This document shows, piece after piece, positions 28,496 through 37,741 of a stretch of 64,000 nucleotides of DNA. The stretch's first letter is position 1. Every line of letters starts with the position of its first letter. Where the stretch lies: positions 8,558-72,557 of the forward strand of contig JBMZJQ010000002.1 of assembly GCA_049617635.1 (NCBI GenBank), given 5' to 3'. The stretch comes from Poseidonia sp. GTDB taxonomy: Archaea; Thermoplasmatota; Poseidoniia; Poseidoniales; Poseidoniaceae. The notes under the pieces were generated by a model, which saw only the letters and a program-made list of their open reading frames with translations, searched no databases and was not told the DNA's origin. Both the position numbers and the translations under genes were made by a program.

Positions 28496-29557
28496 ATGGG
28501 AATGACCGATGAAGAAGCGCAACTGCACGACACGCTGTCCGAACTCAAAACGCACCTGCGGTCAAACGATTCCTCCAAAATCATCCTCATTGGGGACGTG
28601 ATGATGGATTGTTACATCCACGGCTATGCGAACAACCTCAATTCCCGTGCACCTGTTCCTGTGTTGCGAGAAACATCTCGAGAGGAAGATGTCGGTGCAG
28701 CAGCTCACGTTGCGCGTGGCCTGCGCGCCATGGGAATGGAGAGTCACTTGTTCGGTGTCGTGGGGGACGACGCTGCTGGATTGAGCATCATCGAGTCGCT
28801 TGAGTCGGAGGGCGTAACAACCCACGGCATCGCTATCATCGAAGACAGAACGACCACGGTGAAAACACGGATGTTGGCCTCTCGTGAAAGCCTCATTCGA
28901 GAAGAGCAGTTGTTGCTTCGATGGGACATTGAAGACGATACGCCTGTTCCAGATGAAGCCTCAGAGGGGCTTTATGAGCAGGCCATCGCTGATTTGAGCG
29001 GTGCTTCTGCATTGATTGCATCGGACTATGGACAGGGTGTCATCACCGATCAAGGTGCAGAACGCTTGTTTGATGCTGCGAGAGCAGAAGGAATCCCCAT
29101 CATCGCTGACCCAAAGTTGACCGGTCTTCATCGTACCGAAGGTGTTGATTGGATTCTGTTCCAATCCCAAGGATTGGAATTAATGCGCCGAAGATTGGCA
29201 GCCACGACCGGTGCGGAAGCAGCCGAAAAATTGCTTCAACAGTACAACTGGAAACACCTGGTGGTGTTGTCGGGTGAAGCAGGTGTGACCATCTATTCCG
29301 CCGAACAAGAGACTGTCCATGCGCCATGCGGATTGGTCGACCTTCGCCAGATGATCGGACTCATCGATGCAGCCGCTGTCGCCATTGCGTTTTCGCTCTC
29401 ACGTGACCTCGATGTCCGTTCGACTGCACTGTTAGCCAACGCAGCCTGTGAATGCATCCTGGCGGCTCAACAGACGGATTCCTTCGTGCTGAACCGTGAT
29501 GACATCATTCATCGCGTTGGAGAGCATGTTTGGAACCTCCAAGTATCGAAACGGTGA
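28496..29557 (+). CDS. RfaE/HldE-like PfkB-family carbohydrate kinase, divergent
   Basis: IGDVMMD.Y, APVPV, GAAAHVA, GVVGDD, TTVKTR, SDYGQG, ADPK. The GAGD motif appears as GLID. Confidence 0.8.
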   Translation: MGMTDEEAQLHDTLSELKTHLRSNDSSKIILIGDVMMDCYIHGYANNLNSRAPVPVLRETSREEDVGAAAHVARGLRAMGMESHLFGVVGDDAAGLSIIESLESEGVTTHGIAIIEDRTTTVKTRMLASRESLIREEQLLLRWDIEDDTPVPDEASEGLYEQAIADLSGASALIASDYGQGVITDQGAERLFDAARAEGIPIIADPKLTGLHRTEGVDWILFQSQGLELMRRRLAATTGAEAAEKLLQQYNWKHLVVLSGEAGVTIYSAEQETVHAPCGLVDLRQMIGLIDAAAVAIAFSLSRDLDVRSTALLANAACECILAAQQTDSFVLNRDDIIHRVGEHVWNLQVSKR

Positions 29558-29566
29558 GGCATCTCC

Positions 29567-30061
29567 ATGAGTTCCTGGTTGTTTCCGACCACTGCGGACG
29601 TTGGCATGCGGGTGTTCGGCTCATCACTCGCCAACCTCCTGCAGGAGGCAGCCTACGGCATGCAAACCTATCTTCTCTCATCGGAAAGCAACCACTCCGT
29701 CGATGCACTGCTTCGGCACACGGGAGAATGGCGGGTACGGACTCAACACCAACCCCACGACCCGGCCTACCTCTTTCTGGCCTGGCTTGATGAAGTCCTC
29801 TACCGAGCAGAGGTGCACCAGCAGTGGTTGGTTGACACGGTCATCCGAGTGAACGAAGATGATACGGGGCTTGAAGCCGTGATTCAAGCCTCATGGGTGA
29901 GCGCAGGAGAGGTTGAACGGGAAATCGAAATCAAGGCTGTCACCACCCATCGACTCGTTGTTCGCGAAGTTATGGAAAGCGAGATGATTGCCAGTGAATG
30001 GGATGACGTCCCTTCGTTCGAAGGACCGGGCTGGTACGCTGACGTGGTGTTTGACATTTAG
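29567..30061 (+). CDS. Archease
   Basis: TADV, WL.E.LY, EIKAVT.H, VFDI C-terminus. Confidence 0.92.
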   Translation: MSSWLFPTTADVGMRVFGSSLANLLQEAAYGMQTYLLSSESNHSVDALLRHTGEWRVRTQHQPHDPAYLFLAWLDEVLYRAEVHQQWLVDTVIRVNEDDTGLEAVIQASWVSAGEVEREIEIKAVTTHRLVVREVMESEMIASEWDDVPSFEGPGWYADVVFDI

Positions 30062-30357
30062 GTGGGAGGGCCAAGGGTGGACGTGCGCCTCCTGCGGCCA
30101 AATCCGCAGGCATTCTCCATCCCGGATCCCCACAGCACCCATGGCCCCAGGTAGGGCTGCTCCGTTCCCGGCCTGACCTAGTCCCCCGGTTATTCACTTC
30201 CCGTTTCCTTCCGGAGACGGTTCATGACACCCGAGTCATGTGGGGGCGAGACATCAACGTCCGCCTACGGGAACCACAGGACCGCTTCCGCCGCCCCAAG
30301 GCGTTCAGCCCACCATAACGACGCTTTGTGGTACAGGGTACGCCGAGCTCCCCACCT
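30060..30357 (-). ncRNA. ffs: Archaeal signal recognition particle (7S/SRP) RNA
   Basis: Minus strand: helix 8 GGUCAGGCCGGGAACGGAGCAG, helix 6 CCGUCUCC-GGAA-GGAAACGG, Alu UGUA motif near the 5' end, complementary termini AGGUGGG/CCCACCU, about 300 nt. TTCATATAG box about 30 nt upstream. Confidence 0.92.
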
Positions 30358-30408
30358 ATCCCACCACACCGTCTTGTTCAGCCTATATGAAGGCAACGAA
30401 GTGGGCGT

Positions 30409-30801
30409 TCAGGATTCTGAGGCGGCTTCTTCGTATTTGCTGGGGCATGATGTTTTGATCACGCGGGCATCCAACGTGTACACCTCTCCATCGAATTCCA
30501 ACACACCCTCGGCATAGACCGTTCGGTTGTCATCCAAGCCGTTGGAAACCGATGCATCAGCAAACACCACACGGATGGTGGATGTCGCACCCTCGAGGAC
30601 AAACGACATCGTGCCGTTGTCAATGGTGCCGTCTTGTACTTCACCTCGAACGGCAATCTCCCTGCCAACATGTTGGTCGGGCGAGGCCATGAGTTCGTCA
30701 ACTGTTTGCGTGGGAACAGGCGATTGAACAAGTAACGTGGCGAGCAAAGCAAGCGTAAGTACGCCCCCGATGACCAAGATACGGGTTCGCCTTGCCCACA
30801 T
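30409..30801 (-). CDS. ccmE: Cytochrome c maturation heme chaperone CcmE (CxxxY type)
   Basis: N-terminal TM, V.G.V..G.I, V.AEG, and SCPSKY (Cys instead of His). Confidence 0.88.
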   Translation of the reverse strand: MWARRTRILVIGGVLTLALLATLLVQSPVPTQTVDELMASPDQHVGREIAVRGEVQDGTIDNGTMSFVLEGATSTIRVVFADASVSNGLDDNRTVYAEGVLEFDGEVYTLDARVIKTSCPSKYEEAASES

Positions 30802-30825
30802 CGTCAATCACCAACCTTCGGACCC

Positions 30826-31962
30826 TTAACAATCCTCGCCGCTCAAATCACGGCTTCCTCTTGCATCATCAAGACTGGACATGGAATGTTCCGCAAGGTG
30901 GCGATGCAAACCCGAAACCACGGATTTGGTAAGGCTCGGGCCTTCGAAAACAAAACCGCTGTAGGCTTGAAGCAAGGTCGCACCCGCCTCAATTTTTTCC
31001 CAAGCATCTCGACCTGAGGAGATGCCACCAACCCCGACGATGGGCCAATCTGGGCCTGCCAGTGCCCTCACCTCTTGAATCAAAGCCGTGGAACGGTCCT
31101 TCAGCGGCTTTCCACTCATGCCACCCGCTTGCTCGAACACACGTGCGTCCGATGAGGCACCAGCATCAGGCCGCTGAACCGTCGTGTTGCTGACCACCAT
31201 TCCGGAGGCACCTTCTGATTGAGATGTACGAACGATCATCGCCAGTTGTTGCGCCTCAAGGTCCGGGGCGATTTTGACGAGAAGCGGTTTTTCCGCCGCA
31301 CCATGCGCTTCTGCGCAAGACCGATTGACCTCGTTGCAGGCTTGTAAAATGCGTGTCAATCCCTCATCGTTTTGCAATTCGCGGAGTTGAGGGGTGTTGG
31401 GAGAAGAGACATTGATCACAAACACATCCGTGAATTCCCACAGCCGTTGCATTGAGGTGGCGTAATCCTCGTGGGCATCCTCGAGCGGGGTGATTTTGGA
31501 TTTCCCGAGATTCACCCAAAGCGGTACTGGCGGACGGCCGTGGCGAGAAAAATAGGCTTGCAAGCGTGCTTGAATGGCTTCGCTTCCTTCGTTGTTGAAC
31601 CCCATCCGATTCACCAACGCCTGTGCCTGATTGGCACGAAACATGCGAGGTTTTGGGTTTCCATCTTGGCGGTGCATGGTCACCCCGCCTATTTCGATAA
31701 ACGCAAGACCGAGGGCGGACCACCCGTTGAGCGCAACCGCATTCTTGTCCATGCCGGCGGCGAGGCCGAAGGGGTGGGCGTAGGTCTGACCGAACACCGT
31801 GACAGGAAGGCTACGTCGTGGTTTGTACAACGATTTCAACATCCATCGACCAGGTGGTGTGCTGGCGGCCAAACGAAGCATGGAGAGCGAGCGAAGATGG
31901 GCTTTTTCGGAATCTTGGAACCTCAACAACGGTCGCCCAAACAAGCGATAACCGAGGCCCAT
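30826..31962 (-). CDS. pyrD: Quinone-dependent dihydroorotate dehydrogenase (class 2)
   Basis: GLAAGMDK, GNPKPRMFR, NRMGFNN.G, NVSSPNTP.LR, VKIAPD, GG.SG.PL, GVGGI. Confidence 0.95.
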   Translation of the reverse strand: MGLGYRLFGRPLLRFQDSEKAHLRSLSMLRLAASTPPGRWMLKSLYKPRRSLPVTVFGQTYAHPFGLAAGMDKNAVALNGWSALGLAFIEIGGVTMHRQDGNPKPRMFRANQAQALVNRMGFNNEGSEAIQARLQAYFSRHGRPPVPLWVNLGKSKITPLEDAHEDYATSMQRLWEFTDVFVINVSSPNTPQLRELQNDEGLTRILQACNEVNRSCAEAHGAAEKPLLVKIAPDLEAQQLAMIVRTSQSEGASGMVVSNTTVQRPDAGASSDARVFEQAGGMSGKPLKDRSTALIQEVRALAGPDWPIVGVGGISSGRDAWEKIEAGATLLQAYSGFVFEGPSLTKSVVSGLHRHLAEHSMSSLDDARGSRDLSGEDC

Positions 31963-32016
31963 GAAGCGATGTCGTGCATACCATCCTTCAAGACTTGCCT
32001 TCGTTTGCAAGGTTTC

Positions 32017-32454
32017 ATGCGAATCACGGACCCTCTCTGGCCTGCGGTCCGCGAGGTCGCTCGAATTTTGCTGCGAGAGGAACATCTCAGCGTCCATGCA
32101 CCCCAATGGCTCGAAACACAACTCAACGAATTGTCTCTCGCTATGGGTGATCACCTTCCATCTCGAATCCACTTTCCAACCTGCACCGTGATCCATGATG
32201 GTCCTGTTCGAATCGTACAAAACGAAACCGACCGCTGCCTGGTTGAAATTGGAGCGGTTGAACCCGCCATGGACGTGGTGTGGCTCCCTTTGGAGCATGA
32301 CGTTGCATGGCATGCTATTCACGAAACGGCGCTCGATTTGCTCAGGGCGGGTTACCCGGGTTGTCGGGACTGTGCAGGGCCTGAGGCAGAACAAAAATGG
32401 AACGAAGCCGTTCACCGGCGGAACTACAATTCTCGAGGCAAAAACCAACCATGA
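32017..32454 (+). CDS. Hypothetical protein with a C-terminal CxxC
   Basis: 145-aa ORF divergent from pyrD; TTCAAG element 30 nt upstream; GYPGCRDCAG. Confidence 0.6.
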   Translation: MRITDPLWPAVREVARILLREEHLSVHAPQWLETQLNELSLAMGDHLPSRIHFPTCTVIHDGPVRIVQNETDRCLVEIGAVEPAMDVVWLPLEHDVAWHAIHETALDLLRAGYPGCRDCAGPEAEQKWNEAVHRRNYNSRGKNQP

Positions 32455-32536
32455 AATGAAACATTTCATGTGTGCGTGAAGCGCATTGTGGAAAGAAAGG
32501 AGGGTTCAAGTAGAGTCGTCGGTGCGCTTTCACATC

Positions 32537-35287
32537 ATGTCCATCGTCATCATTGCCGAGAAACCCAGTGTTGCCGAGGACCTTGCCAATGTCTTGGGTG
32601 TTGGAAAAAAGACGGACACGCACTGGCACAGCGAGGACCTGGTCATCACCTGGGCCGTAGGTCATCTCCTGGAACTCAAAATGATGGATGACTACGATGA
32701 AGCCTTCAAAAATTGGCGAAAAACCATCGAACGCCTCCCTTACATTCCCGAGGCGTTTGAATACAAACCGAAGGGTGGCCGAAATCGAACGCAACTCAAC
32801 GCCATCAAAAAATTGCTCAAGGACAAAGGCGTGACTGAAATTGTGAATGCCTGCGATGCTGCACGAGAGGGAGAACTCATTTTCCGGACCATCGTGCAAC
32901 ATGCGAAGGTGAAAACGCCAACCTCTCGAATGTGGATGCAATCCATGACCTATGATGCACTCCTCACGGCGTTTGAAGAACGCCAACCAGGTGAAACCTA
33001 CCAAAACCTATCCGACGCTGCGTATGCCCGTTCCCACGCCGACTGGGTCATCGGCATGAACGGTTCCAGAGTCGCCAACACCTTTTTGCCCCAAAATCGA
33101 CGGGAGCGTTCATCCAATTCGCTCGGCCGGGTTCAAACCGCGACGCTTGCCCTGGTGGTTGATCATGAATTGCAAGTGCTCTCGCATGTTCCGCTTCCGT
33201 ATTGGCAACTCAATGCGACGTTCAATGCAGGTGATGCCACATGGATGGCACGCTGGGAACGTGTGGGGCACAAGGACGACCCTGACCAACCCGAATTGAA
33301 GGCTCATCGTATCGTTGAACAATCCGAAAAAGAAGCCATTGAAGCGGTAATTGCTGCCGGTGGGCCGTTTGAAACCGAAGAAACAAATCGGACAAAAACC
33401 GAACAACCACCGCTCAATTTTGACCTCACAACCCTTCAGAAGCGGGCGAACAGTTTCTGGTCGTGGTCCGCCAAGCGAACCTTGAGTGTCGCTCAGGACC
33501 TGTATGACAAATTCAAACTCACCACCTACCCCAGAACAGACTCCAAGCACCTGCCCGAAGACATGCACGAGGCAGTTGCGAAAACACTGGACCAACTCAA
33601 AGCACAAAACGACTACCAGGAGCACGTCAATCGGCTCCAGGCCGAGGGGCTTTCCAATGTGAGCCGCAATTTCAACGATAGCAAGGTGTCCGACCACTAC
33701 GCCATTGTCCCCACCGGGCAAACCCCACCAGCATCGTTTGGCGGTGACCACGCAAAGCTCTACGACATGATTGTGCGCAATTTCTTGGCTTCATGGCATC
33801 CACCCGCCGAATGGACCGTGACGAAGCGAACGACCACAGCCTCAGGCCATCAATTCATCAAGGAGGTTGAATCGATTCAGACGGCAGGTTGGAGAGCGGT
33901 GATGACCAAGAAAGACAACGTGCCTGAAGGATGGGGGAATCTTCCGTCCAATCCCGCACCTTCCACGTTGCAGGAACACGAATTTACAGAGGAATTTTCC
34001 AAACCGAAGAACCGACTCAAAGAAGCCAGTCTTCTGCAGTTGATGGAGCATGCTGGCAAACACATCGACGATGATGAGCTGGCCGAGGCCATGAAAGACA
34101 AAGGCCTCGGTACACCCGCAACACGAGCCGACACCATTGAGAAATTGTTGACTCGAAATTACATTCGACGTTCGAGAAACGGCACCATCAGTGCCACACC
34201 TCATGGTATACGCATGATTGACATTCTCCAACGCATCCCTGTTGAAATGATCACTTCACCCGAACTTACTGGCGATATGGAAGCGTCCCTTCTCGCTGTT
34301 CAACGGGGTGAAGAAAGCATGGCCAGTTACATGGGCAAAGTGGTCGATTTGACCACCCAAATGGTCGAGAGAATTCGCACCCATGAGCGAAGCCAACTGT
34401 ACGCCAACGAACCCCCTCTCGGCGCCTGTCCAGCGTGCTCTGCCAACGTCGTCGAGACCACCTTATCCTACCAGTGTGAACTCAACGAGGGGCGAGACAA
34501 AGGATGTTCCTTTGTGTTCTGGAAAGACACCTCAGGTCGCTGGTTCGACCGCACCACCGCTACCCGTTTGCTCCAACAACGAACCATCGAAAACCTACAC
34601 GGTTTCTTCTCACAAGGAGGCGAAGGGTACGAAACGTCGGTGGAGCTAACCGATGACGGCAAAGTCAACGCCAAAGGTGCCTCAGCCGGAACGGCGAGTG
34701 AAAAGGACGAGGTCCTCTGTCCGTGTCCTGTTTGCGACCACGGAGACATCCGAATCACCTCGACCTCCTATGTGTGTGACCACGACGCTTGCACCTTCAG
34801 AGGCATGCAGAACGTGATGTGCAAGCGCCCGGTGACACCCGAAGAGGCAAAAGTCATTTTCACCCAAGGCCGCTCCGTGCTCCTTGAAGATTTTACTTCA
34901 AAACGCAACAAACCGTTCAATGCCTTTCTCGTTCTTGAAAAGAATCGTGTTTCGTTTGATTTCCCGCCACGCGAGGCAAGTGCGGATGCCAAGCGATTCC
35001 CGGTTGAGCCCGGTGTGGTTGGCGTATGTCCCACACACAGTGCCAACATCATTGAAACGGAAACGCACTACACCGTGGAAGATTCGGGGACAGGATGTAA
35101 AATTCACATCGAACGGTGCATCTCGAAGCGTGACATCACGCGGGATGAAGCAAAGGCATTGATTGAAACAAAGAATTTGGGTCCCTTTGACGATTTCACA
35201 TCGAAGAAAACCGGAAACCCCTTCGCTGCTTCTCTCTACCTTCGAAAGAACGAATCGGTTGCGTACAAATTTGCAAAACGCTCCTGA
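32537..35287 (+). CDS. topB: Type IA DNA topoisomerase, bacterial TopB (Topo III)-like, with C-terminal Zn ribbons/repeats
   Basis: IAEKPSVA, NACDA.REGELIF, GRVQT, TYPRTDS (catalytic Tyr), GLGTPATRA, F.SK..KPF.A.L repeats. Confidence 0.9.
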   Translation: MSIVIIAEKPSVAEDLANVLGVGKKTDTHWHSEDLVITWAVGHLLELKMMDDYDEAFKNWRKTIERLPYIPEAFEYKPKGGRNRTQLNAIKKLLKDKGVTEIVNACDAAREGELIFRTIVQHAKVKTPTSRMWMQSMTYDALLTAFEERQPGETYQNLSDAAYARSHADWVIGMNGSRVANTFLPQNRRERSSNSLGRVQTATLALVVDHELQVLSHVPLPYWQLNATFNAGDATWMARWERVGHKDDPDQPELKAHRIVEQSEKEAIEAVIAAGGPFETEETNRTKTEQPPLNFDLTTLQKRANSFWSWSAKRTLSVAQDLYDKFKLTTYPRTDSKHLPEDMHEAVAKTLDQLKAQNDYQEHVNRLQAEGLSNVSRNFNDSKVSDHYAIVPTGQTPPASFGGDHAKLYDMIVRNFLASWHPPAEWTVTKRTTTASGHQFIKEVESIQTAGWRAVMTKKDNVPEGWGNLPSNPAPSTLQEHEFTEEFSKPKNRLKEASLLQLMEHAGKHIDDDELAEAMKDKGLGTPATRADTIEKLLTRNYIRRSRNGTISATPHGIRMIDILQRIPVEMITSPELTGDMEASLLAVQRGEESMASYMGKVVDLTTQMVERIRTHERSQLYANEPPLGACPACSANVVETTLSYQCELNEGRDKGCSFVFWKDTSGRWFDRTTATRLLQQRTIENLHGFFSQGGEGYETSVELTDDGKVNAKGASAGTASEKDEVLCPCPVCDHGDIRITSTSYVCDHDACTFRGMQNVMCKRPVTPEEAKVIFTQGRSVLLEDFTSKRNKPFNAFLVLEKNRVSFDFPPREASADAKRFPVEPGVVGVCPTHSANIIETETHYTVEDSGTGCKIHIERCISKRDITRDEAKALIETKNLGPFDDFTSKKTGNPFAASLYLRKNESVAYKFAKRS

Positions 35288-35337
35288 AAGCGGTGAGGCG
35301 AAGGAAGGTTGAAACACAACCTCTCGAACCAGAAAAC

Positions 35338-36552
35338 ATGGAGCCTGTCGACTACGATGTCGTGATCGTTGGCGCCGGACCCATAGGCGGACGAGCCGCC
35401 ACACTCTTGGCGGAACAGGAGTTGAAGGTCCTCATGTTGGAAGAGCACGAGGAACTCGGGCGGCCGTTTCAGTGTGCAGGTTTGGTCACACCGTCAGCGA
35501 TGAACATCGTTCAAGCACATCACACCGTTCTCGAGGAAGTTGATGGCGCCCTCATTCATGGCCCAAGCGGAACCTTGGTACCGGTAGGCACCGAAGGCAC
35601 GCTTCGCACATACGTGGTGTGCAGGAAGCGATTTGACCAGTATGTCGTCCAGCAAGGGATGCTGGCAGGGTCGGAGTTGTGGTTAAACGCCACCCCGCAG
35701 GAAGCCGAGGTCACGGATGAGGGCGTTGACCTGAAGGTTCGTGTGGGTGACGACATTGTTTCGCTACGATGCAGTCTGTTGATTGGTGCTGATGGGGCCC
35801 ATAGTTGGGTACGGCGGAATTTCAAAATGGGGCGCCCCAAGGAAGTCATGATCGGTTTCCAAACCGAAGTCGTCGGTTATCAAGGCCGAGATCGCTGGCT
35901 TGAAATGTACAGCGGGACGTCCATCGCGCCAGGATTCTTTGCTTGGGTGATTCCCTCAGGGTTTGGAACCCATCGAGTTGGTTTGTGGTCAACAGCCGAC
36001 CGATTAGACGGCCGCAGCATCGAATCATGCTATCGAGATTTGCTTGAACATCCCTTGTGGAAGGAACGCTTTGCTGGCGTGCAAGAAGTGGCCTCCTATT
36101 GCGGTCCGGTCCCATCTGGCATGGTCAAACGACCGGTCAAAAATCGCGTGCTGTTGCTCGGTGACGCCGCCGGAATGGCCAAACCCACGACGGGAGGGGG
36201 TATCGGCCCTGGTTTCCATCAAATTCAATGCATTCTTGAGCCGTTGGTGGAGGCCATTCGGGCTGATGACCTCTCGGAGTCGTCTTTGCGTGCCATCACA
36301 AAAAAGCCGTGGGAGAAAATGAAGCGTGAGCAGGACAAGGCGAGAGCGTTACGGAACCTGCTGGTGAGTGATTGTGACGACGAAACATTGGACAGACACT
36401 TCAACGCCTTTGCCCATCCAGACACGCTCCAAATCATCAACGAAATCGGCGATATTGAACAGCCCGTTCCGCTCGGAATGGCCCTGCTGCGCCAAGTGCC
36501 AGCCTTCCGCCCACTGGCGTTGAAGGCTGGAGTCCGACTGTTGTTCACCTGA
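35338..36552 (+). CDS. Geranylgeranyl reductase family flavoprotein (digeranylgeranylglycerophospholipid reductase-like)
   Basis: GAGPIG, P..CAG, GADG, PGFFAWVIP, GDAAG..KP.TGGGI. Confidence 0.9.
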   Translation: MEPVDYDVVIVGAGPIGGRAATLLAEQELKVLMLEEHEELGRPFQCAGLVTPSAMNIVQAHHTVLEEVDGALIHGPSGTLVPVGTEGTLRTYVVCRKRFDQYVVQQGMLAGSELWLNATPQEAEVTDEGVDLKVRVGDDIVSLRCSLLIGADGAHSWVRRNFKMGRPKEVMIGFQTEVVGYQGRDRWLEMYSGTSIAPGFFAWVIPSGFGTHRVGLWSTADRLDGRSIESCYRDLLEHPLWKERFAGVQEVASYCGPVPSGMVKRPVKNRVLLLGDAAGMAKPTTGGGIGPGFHQIQCILEPLVEAIRADDLSESSLRAITKKPWEKMKREQDKARALRNLLVSDCDDETLDRHFNAFAHPDTLQIINEIGDIEQPVPLGMALLRQVPAFRPLALKAGVRLLFT

Positions 36553-36561
36553 GGGATTGAG

Positions 36562-37704
36562 ATGGAGACGCTCAAGGAAACCCATCGCATTCGTTACCCA
36601 CCGTTTGAAGCCCAGCGCTGGATACCCAATGCCTTGCCCATCGCCGAACAAATCCACGAACACGGCACCTTTGCATCCGTTGAAGAGGCCACGGAGCACG
36701 CAAAAAGCCTCGGTCCAGCCTTCCAACTTGGCTCGAATGAATCATGGTTGATGGAGCGCACGTATTCCTTCGGCGGAAACAACATTTTGCTGGACCATGA
36801 TGATTCCATCACCGAAAATGATGCCTTCGTTGACGTTGTGAGGCGTCAGCGACAAGGGTGGTATTTGATTCCAAATCCTATCCACAACATTCTACGCCGA
36901 TTCATCAACGGCGTCGTTATCGTGCTTCTGCTGAGTCTGTTTTACCTCTTCATTTCCCCCTTGCTTATGCTTGTAGGACTTCCTGTCTACGGCCTTGAAA
37001 CAGTACGATGGGGACTTCTCGACTATCCAGCACTCGCTGTTTTTGTCGTTCCTCTCATCTTTGCGCCGCTGTTGATTCGTGTTCTGGCGAACCTCATCGA
37101 ACTGACGCGACAAAACAAATTCCTCGCTACTCGACCTCCTCGTCCAACCCTCACGTTTGATGCAGACCCTGTCGCTGACCAGCCACTTCGAATGAAGGTC
37201 AGGTTCCCACAACACGCTCCGGAATGGAACCACATCGATGTGTTTTGGCGGGTTGGTGTGTTACCGCCATCACGAGAAGTTCTCTTGCAAGAGCTGGGTA
37301 GGGAACATCACCGACAACCTCCTCCCGGTTTGTCCACCGAACTGCCTCACCACTGGGTTGTGGGCTTGGATGATGGTACGGCCGGTGGAGAGGATGCACC
37401 CATGGAAATGCAAGAGGTCCGAGGTGGTCTCTACCTGCGTCCGATGCGAATCATGGCAAGCAGCAAAGGCCAACGATGCGAGGGTGATGGATTTGTGGAA
37501 CTTGAACCACCAACCGGTGTTTGGCCAGGGTCGGTCAACACAGATCTGTTACGTGTTCATTGGGAATGCATCGTTCGTATCGACCGTGCTCGGGGAGGAG
37601 CCTTGCTTTGGGTGGAGCCGTTACGTGTGGCCCACCCATCCTCATCGGTTCTGGTGGAGCCTCTTCCGCTTCACGATGGCAGGTCGGAATTGGATATCAC
37701 CTAA
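36562..37704 (+). CDS. Hypothetical 2-TM membrane protein
   Basis: 380-aa ORF co-oriented after GGR, with two central hydrophobic helices. Confidence 0.65.
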   Translation: METLKETHRIRYPPFEAQRWIPNALPIAEQIHEHGTFASVEEATEHAKSLGPAFQLGSNESWLMERTYSFGGNNILLDHDDSITENDAFVDVVRRQRQGWYLIPNPIHNILRRFINGVVIVLLLSLFYLFISPLLMLVGLPVYGLETVRWGLLDYPALAVFVVPLIFAPLLIRVLANLIELTRQNKFLATRPPRPTLTFDADPVADQPLRMKVRFPQHAPEWNHIDVFWRVGVLPPSREVLLQELGREHHRQPPPGLSTELPHHWVVGLDDGTAGGEDAPMEMQEVRGGLYLRPMRIMASSKGQRCEGDGFVELEPPTGVWPGSVNTDLLRVHWECIVRIDRARGGALLWVEPLRVAHPSSSVLVEPLPLHDGRSELDIT

Positions 37705-37741
37705 TCAACACATTGAAGGACACCCATGAGAAGCAACAGGC

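Noticed and set aside
30091..30240. Apparent extra hairpins in the SRP RNA (30091-30110 and 30223-30240)
   Set aside because: The same segments can pair long-range to form the standard helix 5, so there is no evidence for novel helices.
31963..32469. 169-aa N-terminal extension of PyrD in the ORF track
   Set aside because: Homology starts at MGLGY (31962), and the extension overlaps a plausible opposite-strand gene.
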